Of a DNA stretch of 45,641 nucleotides, positions 37,591 to 45,641 are shown one piece after another. The DNA lies in assembly GCF_001194135.2 (NCBI RefSeq), contig NC_068985.1, forward strand, positions 100,575,400 through 100,621,040, given 5' to 3'. A model generated the notes under the pieces. It had not been told where the DNA came from. It was given only the letters and a program-made list of their open reading frames with translations, and did no database searches. Within the stretch, counting starts at the first letter, position 1. Each line of letters starts with the position of its first letter. This stretch comes from Octopus bimaculoides. Lineage: Eukaryota. The position numbers and the translations under genes are program-made.

Positions 37591-38922
37591 CTTCGTGGAA
37601 CAGTCACCGATATAGCAATAAGGTCGATATCGTTCATATTTTCTCCAACTTTAGAGACGTAGTTCTTACGAAAATATGAATAACTTCAGTTGGGATCATA
37701 GTTAATAATACCCTGCTTCGTCTATGGCTTTTAATCCTCTGGAATCAATAAGATAAAGTTACATGAATTTACATAAAGTAATACGAAAATATATCGACTC
37801 TGCCGTGATGATTGTGGCCTTAGTTCAATGTTAGTCATGACTAAATTTAGTCTTGTAGTTTAGTCGATTCAAGGAGATTGATTTAAAATTAGAAAGATTT
37901 TGCGCAGATATCCTTGTTTACTTAAGATATCCTTGTTTCTGGTGTTATTTTTTTGTTGATATTGTTTTTAGTGCAGATCTCAATTGTTTACAACCTATAA
38001 TCAAAAATATCCTATCCCTGAACATTCTGGCTATTTAAAGGTATCTAAAACTGTATTATATACTTTTCTTTTTATTAAGATTGAAGAATGTAATCTGTAG
38101 AATATTTGGTTGCTGTTTATCGTTGGCCCAGGAACTACATGAAAAGTGCTTTGTGGATTCCAGCATAAAACATTTAAAGAATAATTCTTTTTTCTTCTTA
38201 ATGTTTCTTTTGTTCTAAAACTATGAATCATCTTTCGGTTGAACTTTATACGCAGGCGTACCTGGACACTATTAATTGAAAACTTAAGCATGCATAACCA
38301 TTTAGTATTAATTACATCTATAGTGTTTTTGTATTTAATTCATGTTAAAGATCTTGTTCTTTTTTATTCTGTCATATAAAACAGAATAAGTGCAGCATCC
38401 AGTCATTAATCAACATACATGTGTTCTGCAATAGACGCATGAACAGTTCTAAGTTTAAAAAAAGAAGAATTAGTGTTTGCAGTTTTAAAATTCAATTCCC
38501 ACAAAGTACTCAAAAAGTTTCAGATTGGATAATGATTACACTTTAGAAAAATCAAATTTTCAACATATAAAATACATACAGGAAAATTACTAATGTGTAT
38601 GAGAAGCTACTTGCAAATAATTTTGACTTATGATTAGTTAAATTCTCGCAACTCAACTGATATTATTTTGTAAAGTGTACTGATGTTTTTTTTTTTTTTT
38701 TTTTTNNNNNNNNNNNNNNNNNNNNNNNNNNNNNNNNNNNNNNNNNNNNNNNNNNNNNNNNNNNNNNNNNNNNNNNNNNNNNNNNNNNNNNNNNNNNNNN
38801 NNNNNNNNNNNNNNNNNNNNNNNNNNNNNNNNNNNNNNNNNNNNNNNNNNNNNNNNNNNNNNNNNNNNNNNNNNNNNNNNNNNNNNNNNNNNNNNNNNNN
38901 NNNNNNNNNNNNNNNNNNNNNN

Positions 38923-38962
<40 letters not shown>

Positions 38963-39065
38963 AAGAGAGAGAGAGAGAGACGGTTTAGATATAGATTCAA
39001 GGCTTGAATATGGTACTTATGCGAAGGCACCCGAATATCACATCCCAAAAGGATGGGTGATTAAA

Positions 39066-39153
39066 ATCAAACAATAAGCAACACGGATTTCAAAAGTGAT
39101 TGAAACGTGCGTACTGCAATCACTTTTGAAATTCGTGTTGCTTATTGTTTGAT
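39066..39153. repeat. 37-bp near-perfect inverted repeat, 14-nt loop
   Basis: 39066-39102 versus 39117-39153: 36 of 37 Watson-Crick pairs; the single exception is G:U on the + strand. Confidence 0.95.
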
Positions 39154-39161
39154 ATATATAT

Positions 39162-39241
<80 letters not shown>
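39151..39241. repeat. (TA)n/(GATA)n microsatellite; a second (TATC)n tract lies at about 39790-39900
   Basis: Read directly. Confidence 0.95.
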
Positions 39242-39413
39242 CATCGTTGTGGTGACACTCCGGCGGTTACGACGACGAGGGTTCCAGTTGGTTTGATCAA
39301 CGGAACAGCCTGCTCGTGAAATTAACGTGCGAGTGGCTGAGCACTCCACCGACACGTGTACCCATAACGTAGTTCTCGGGAAGATTTTAGCGTGACGCAG
39401 AGTGTGACAAGGC
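39241..39413 (-). mobile_element. 3' part of a SINE, well preserved
   Basis: GC-rich block CGGCGGTTACGACGACGAGGGTTCC..GTGTGACAAGGC, homologous to 20590-20730. Confidence 0.7.
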
Positions 39414-39798
39414 TTTCACCACAACTTTCACCACAACTTTCTCTCACTCTTTCTTCCTGTTTCTGTTGCACCTCTTATTATATATACATGTATTCATATG
39501 TGTATATGTTTGACGTTTGTATGTACTTATATACGTATATGTACATACGCATATAGTTATAGGTATCTATGTTTACATGCTAAAAGCTAAACACGGTACG
39601 AAAGCTTTTCTAAATTTTTGTATAACTTTTCATATATATCAACCAACAAAACAACGTAGTTTAGCTCGAACTAACGTAATTTCAATTACTTAGATATGAT
39701 AGTTTACAACCTATATAGAAAGCGAAATATTTAATAGTCACATAAAAACTAAACCCGAAAAAGCTATTATACTTGCTCTGTGTCTGCTTATCTATCTG

Positions 39799-39840
<42 letters not shown>

Positions 39841-39841
39841 A

Positions 39842-39873
<32 letters not shown>

Positions 39874-40785
39874 ATCTATCTATCTATTTATCTTTCTATC
39901 TATAGATGTACATATGCATACGTACACTCACATGGACATATATAACCATACGTATATAAATATACATATATTTATATATATATATATATGTGTGTGACTG
40001 CATGAGTGCGTGTGTGTAGAGGCTTGTATCAGTGTACAGACGTTTTTTTCATGCCTACATGCTATTCAGTGTACGGTTATTATTTAATGGAGGTATACAT
40101 ATACAAGCATTTATATATCTCTAAGTGTGTCCGTGTACATACTTCAAACTAATCCCCTGAGCGTTTTTACTTACTTTTAGAGTTCCAGCTGGTAATTGGA
40201 ATTTTCTAAATGGTTGTGTCCTTATTGCTATGTTCTCTCTCTGATTGTCTACTTGTCTCTTTGCATGTAGCGCATGTCTATTTGTAAGTCAGTCTGTATG
40301 TATGAATGCTATATATCTGTATTCATCCTACAAATAGCAGTTCGGTTCTAATAAATAAACTCCAATGCAGGAATCTAGACAAAATCAACGATGAAGACTT
40401 ACATAAAACCTGGTATATTTCTTTCCAATTTATTTACAGAATGAATTCTTTAAGCGCTTGTAAGCTGGTCTCTTTCTTTACTGGAATATGTTATCTGACG
40501 ACATTGACAATCAGATAGATATAAATAGATATGTAAAAAGAAGTATAGCGTGTGGATTCGGCTATTAGTTACTCAACTGAAATTGATACTGCATGAAGAA
40601 GGTCGCGAAACGGCTGCAATCACATAGGAATCAGGTGGTTAAATGAATGTATATTTAACTCTCACACCACAAATATGTATGTCTAAAATGATATCTATAT
40701 TATCTTAATTTCATTATTATTCGAATATTTCCCACAAAGAAACATCTGGTTTCTAAAAAATGTACTATATCTTTGTTAAAATGTA

Positions 40786-40950
40786 GGCGCAGGAGTGGCT
40801 GTGTGGTAAGTAGCTTGCCTACCAATCACATCGTTCCGGGTTCAGTCCCCCTGCGTGGTACCTTGGGCAAGTGTCAGCTACTATAGCCTTGGGCCGACCA
40901 AAGCCTTCTGAGTGGATTTGGTAGACGGGAACTGAAAGAAGCCCGTCGTA

Positions 40951-41021
<71 letters not shown>

Positions 41022-41244
41022 ATATGCTTGTGTGTCTGTGTTTGTCCCCCCAACATCGCTTAAGTACCGATGCTGGTGTGTTTACGTCCCCGTAAGCTAG
41101 CGGTTCGACAAAAGAGGCCGATAGAATAAGTACTAGGCTTACAAAGAATAAGTCTTGGGGTCGATTTGCTCGACTAAAGGCGGTGCTCCAGCATGACCGT
41201 TGTCAAATGACTGAAACAAGTAAAAGAGTAAAGAGTAAAAGAGA
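40786..41244 (+). mobile_element. Full-length, relatively young tRNA-derived SINE with internal (TA)n
   Basis: A-box TGGCTGTGTGG, B-box GGGTTCAGTCCC, internal (TA)n/(TG)n, tail (GAGTAAAA)n; at least four other partial copies in the window. Confidence 0.9.
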
Positions 41245-41704
41245 GTATATCCGGAAATCAAATAACAAAAACTAAAATATCATACAGGTTTAACAATAGA
41301 AAGTAGTGCATATGATTACTGTTTCCGTTACAAATTGCATATGTACTTATCAGCTGATGCGTTTCTTTGCCCGAAAATATTAGATTTCAGAGATTTGCAA
41401 CCACCAATTAGACATTTATTAACAATTGTTCGTGTGTAGCGGTTATTATATGTATAAATATGATTTTATCCTCTTGAGAAGCTATAGTCATTTGTCTCTA
41501 AATATTAACTTTCTCAATTGTTAGGGAAAAGAAAAAAAGAGTTCACCCCTGGATGATGGCTGCTCGTATATGTAAATAATTTTACAACTACATAAAGCCC
41601 GCAATACACGTTGTTGCGTAAACATGTTATGTGAATGCTCCACTAATACTCCTTGTGTGAATAAATATCTATGTATTCAACAGCTTAGTTGCTACGTTAT
41701 TTAT

Positions 41705-41838
41705 ATTATTTACATCCGACTGATATTTGTCCTCATCTTGTTTGTTAACACAACGTTTCGGCTGATATTCCCTCCAGCCATTATCGGGTGTCTTGGGAAA
41801 ATTTCGAACCTGGGTTCTCATTCTTAATGCATTTTCGA

Positions 41839-41882
<44 letters not shown>

Positions 41883-41950
41883 TCACTGACTTGAATCGAA
41901 CTCTGAATCTTGTTAGTAGCCCACGCTCTTAACCACTACGCCATATGCCC
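41705..41950 (-). mobile_element. tRNA-head + hammerhead module, copy 2 (solo, no PLE ORF)
   Basis: Reverse complement reads GGGCATATGGCGTAGTGGTTAAGAGCGTGGGCTACTAACAAGATTCAGAGTTCGATTC..(AAT)n..GACAC-CCGATAA-T-GGCTG..CAGCC-GAAACGTT-GTGTT..ATGTAAATAAT. The core is mutated (CUGAUGA to CCGAUAA). Confidence 0.9.
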
Positions 41951-41953
41951 GTG

Positions 41954-42147
41954 TTCGATTCCAGGCAGTGACTTTAATAATAATAATAATAATAATAAAA
42001 ATAATAGCAATAACATCGAAAAAATACGTTAGGAATGAGAACCCACTTTCGAAATTTCCCTAAGAAAACTGATGAAGGCTGGAGGGTATATCAACCGAGA
42101 CGTTAACAACAAAGAAGATGAGGACAAATATCCGTCAAATGTACATA
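41954..42147 (+). mobile_element. tRNA-head + hammerhead module, copy 3 (5'-truncated at the B-box)
   Basis: TTCGATTCCAGGCAGTGAC..(AAT)n..CTGATGAAGGCTGGAGGGTATATCAACCGAGACGTT; GAAA is changed to GAGA and the stem I 3' strand GTGTT is deleted. Confidence 0.9.
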
Positions 42148-43104
42148 GTGTATCCCTTTGGAGGCTTAATAGTTTTGAGATGACTAAGTTGAAATTCTGC
42201 CGAGGTCGACTTTACCTTTCATCCTTTCAGGTCGATAAATTAAGTAACAGTTCCGTACTGAGATTGATCTAATCGACTGGCCCCCTTCCCCCAAAATTTC
42301 GGGCCTTGTGCCTAGAGTATAAAAGAATCTTTTTACATAAGTGTGGTTACATTTGCAATGTATCTCCCATAAATGTGACATAAACACCTCGATTTACTGC
42401 AGATTGTGTCTACGTATTGCTTCTGGGCAGACTAAAATTAAGTTTATTTTTGCCGCTGTCTTAAAGGTATATAATTCCAAATTTCTAGAAATGAATTTAT
42501 TATCACTTCCTTGCATAAGAAAATTCGTCACGATGTAACGGCTGAATTTCTAGCATATACTTTGCGTTAATGTTAGTTACATCCTAAAGTTTAGCATGAC
42601 CTACCTATGCAAGAAATTTATTGTTTGGTATAAAGAGTGTCATTTTAGCAGATTTTGATGCAGCACGCACGTGAGTTGAGTGATTCAGGGTTCACGGATG
42701 AGGTCGATTGAAGCCGAATGGAAATCTTTTTTAAAGAGTTCTCAATCGACCCTTCACACTTAGGCACACAAATGATGCACTTAGCTTTGCATCCAATATA
42801 TGGGAGATACATTGCAAATGTAACCACACTTATTTAAAACAAATTCTTTTATACTCTAGGCACAAGGCCCGAAATTTTGGGGGAAGGGGGCCAGTCGATT
42901 AGATCAATTTCAGTACGCAACTGTTACTTAATTTATCGACCTGAAAGGATGAAAGGTAAAGTCGACCTCGGCAGAATTTCAACTTAGTTATCTCAAAATT
43001 ATTAAGCCTCCAAAGGGATACACTATGTACATTTGACGGATATTTGTCCTCATCTTGTTTGTTGTTAACGTCTCGGTTGATATACCCTCCAGCCTTCATC
43101 AGTT
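42067..43104. repeat. Long inverted repeat: arms 42067-42371 and 42799-43104, spacer about 427 bp
   Basis: The arms are reverse complements with only a handful of differences. Track ORFs 42072+ and 42899- encode near-identical peptides (4 of 66 aa differ), confirming the duplication. Confidence 0.97.
42190..42320 (+). mobile_element. 5'-truncated SINE inside the IR arm (mirror copy at about 42845-42980, minus strand)
   Basis: AAATTCTGCCGAGGTCGACTTTACCTTTCATCCTTTCAGGTCGATAAATTAAGTA..GGGCCTTGTGCCTAGAGTA. Confidence 0.85.
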
Positions 43105-44197
43105 GCTATATTAATAATCGTATATAACTCGGAAAAATTCCGTTGCTTATCGTGAGCACCACACCAACTCTTCAGAAATAGTCAGACACTAACGCAACTT
43201 CTTCGGAATATTCGACGATATTTGGATATTGGACTCATTCGGTTATTAATGCTGATGGAACAGATTTGAAGTACACATAATTATCTCAATTGTTCGATTC
43301 AGGAGTATTATTGAAATTCGTTGTTGTAAAACGGAAAAAAGGAGCAATTGCTATCGTTTGGTCACTCAATTTTTGCTCACAGAATATTTTTATAATATCA
43401 TTTGTTAACGATTGGGCCAGAAGTATTACCTGTGGTGTATAAAGTGTAGGGGAATGAGAGAACATCGTTTTATAGTTATATATTGGTAAATGACACTTAA
43501 TTCAAATCAAGATAATAAATATAAATAATTCCTTTGGCTAAATTCCACTCGTACATCAAAACATGGTGTTAATAACTACAGATGCTTTCAGAAAGGCTAC
43601 CTAAATTGTCTGGAGAAACATTATGCATTACAAAGGTTTTCTTGCCTTTGTAGCTTACACGCACTTGGAATTAGTAAAACAGTTGTGATAGTTGATTAAA
43701 TGCCAAAATAAATAGAACAACCTGTCTGCTAGTAATATTCCTTAAGACACCAGTGGAATAATTTGATTGAACGACAAATTAGGAAAAGTTGTACGGAGCG
43801 CAGTAAAAAATATACGGCATAATAAATATTCAAGTTAACTGAAATGTCCCGTACACTCAACACATGCAAACATAATGGTATATTCTTTTCTACCTCTGAC
43901 GAGATTCTACTTTATTATGATTGAATTATTTTAAGTAAAATCTTTAAAGTCTGCATCGAAACATTTGTCAGGAATCATGTCTATTTTTGTAATTAATAAA
44001 TATAAATATTAACTGATTTATCTCTATTTTCTTATTTTTCTTAATATATATATATATATAAGGTTGAGGAGGGTATTGGATTTAACTAAACCCCAAAGAT
44101 ACAGGTAATATCGAGTAAGTGCTATATACCGACTAGTTATACCCCAGTCGTTGTATGAACTGGATTGGGGATTATAAGTCGTGTATTAGCGTGTGTA

Positions 44198-44248
<51 letters not shown>

Positions 44249-45590
44249 TGTCAGGCAACGTAAATAATTAAATTAAGGCCATTTGTGCGGAAAATAGTAC
44301 GTAAGTTTTATAAAGTGAGTAACGAGTAACTTAATATAAGAAAAAAATGGTTATACGAACCAGGAGCTTAAAAATGACAAACGGTAAATTCACTAATGTT
44401 CAGTTGAAGAACTGAGTAAAAGGATAAGACCAAAAAGAGAACAAGATGAAAGAGAACGCACAGCGATACCTTGCATTTCTGGACAAGGGAAAAGTTGTGT
44501 CAGGTGAATCGGGGGATTGGGGAAAAGCGTACAGAAGATTTTGGGGGTTAAGAGAGTGTAGCAGGAAAACGGTTGATGCAGAGCGAACCAAATAGTGAAG
44601 AGAATGACTAAAACAGAAGAACAAAGGCTATCTATAGAACTACATAAAGGGATAGTTATGACGATATAAATATAACTATGTGGATGGATATACAGATATG
44701 CAGTGAGATAGACAATCGCAGGGCGACCTCAAAAGGAATCAATGTTAGGAAAAGATTTATACGCTGGTGCAGGTGCATATATTTGTTTCCATGTGTAAGT
44801 GTAGCTGTACTTGCGAGGGTGTGAATGTGTGTGCACAAGTAGATCTGCATCCGTGGTGAGAACGTGTGGGTGTTTCGCATAAGCTTCAGGCTACAGCATT
44901 TCTACAGGATTTATCAATTTATATTCAGGAAATAAAACAAAGATAAACATACAGGCACACAGGCAAATACACATAGACATAAAAACAGACAGGCACCCCG
45001 CCACACACACACAGACACACACGCACGCACATAATATTTGAAAGGAGGAAGCGAGAGAGAGGGAGGGAGGGAAAGAGAGAGAGAACAAGTGAGAAAGTAT
45101 ACACACTGAGTCCCTATAGACTGAATATGAGTAATTTTGTATTTAAAAATTGTTGATCAATATGCTTGGTGGTATTACATCATGTTAAACACGTTATGTG
45201 CAAGAAATCTGCTCCGAATATTAAACAGAGATTTTAGCGTCCGGCTACAAATTGCAAAATCATTTACAAATTCAAACAACATAATTTGATAAATATACTG
45301 ATTCAACAAAATCTAACTCGTCAAAAGGTGTAGTGTAGAATTTAAGCATGTGAAAGTATGTTAGGACATAATTTGTAGGCGATGCCTGTTTATGCCTGAG
45401 TAAATTATAAACATACTTTACATTGAATATATGTCGATTGTATACACGTATTCAGACGCATATACATAAAATACACTTCCACACTTCAATAATTAGACAT
45501 TACTATAGAAACCCCACCTATACATCACAGATATATGTACACCGATGCAGAAATGCAAACACAAACACTTATATATCTATCTATACATAT

Positions 45591-45641
<51 letters not shown>

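Noticed and set aside
42160-42260. Three G (left arm) versus A (right arm) differences as a trace of A-to-I editing before retro-copying
   Set aside because: Only three sites, transitions are the commonest substitutions, and the ancestral state is unknown.
42072-43099. Duplicated 66-aa ORFs as a small-protein gene pair
   Set aside because: They are read through hammerhead-module and SINE sequence and simply reflect the inverted duplication.

Overview
AT-rich, microsatellite-dense eukaryotic DNA with seven N-gaps, most flanked by simple repeats. The SINE, LINE and MITE families present look like those of octopus (inferred from recalled repeat sequences, not a database search). I found no convincing host protein-coding exon, so the window is probably intronic or intergenic. 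The long ORFs in the track are gap or microsatellite artefacts. The window is a layered set of decayed mobile elements: a full-length dead mariner with TIRs (6317-7631), a hAT transposase relic interrupted by a mariner-type MITE, CR1-, RTE- and R4/Dong-like LINE fragments, many tRNA-derived SINEs, and a Penelope-like (PLE) GIY-YIG fragment. The best lead is a ~245-bp module directly after the PLE GIY-YIG stop codon: a tRNA-like Pol III head, an (AAT/AAC)n spacer and a minimal type I hammerhead ribozyme. It recurs without the ORF at 41.7-43.1 kb, head-to-head and inside a ~305-bp inverted duplication. This suggests a tRNA-headed, ribozyme-bearing SINE-like element that depends on a Penelope partner. 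Other notable items are a U6 snRNA pseudogene lacking its ACAGAG box and abutting a SINE head (28150-28430), and an isolated 37-bp near-perfect hairpin (39066-39153). All alignments were done by eye.
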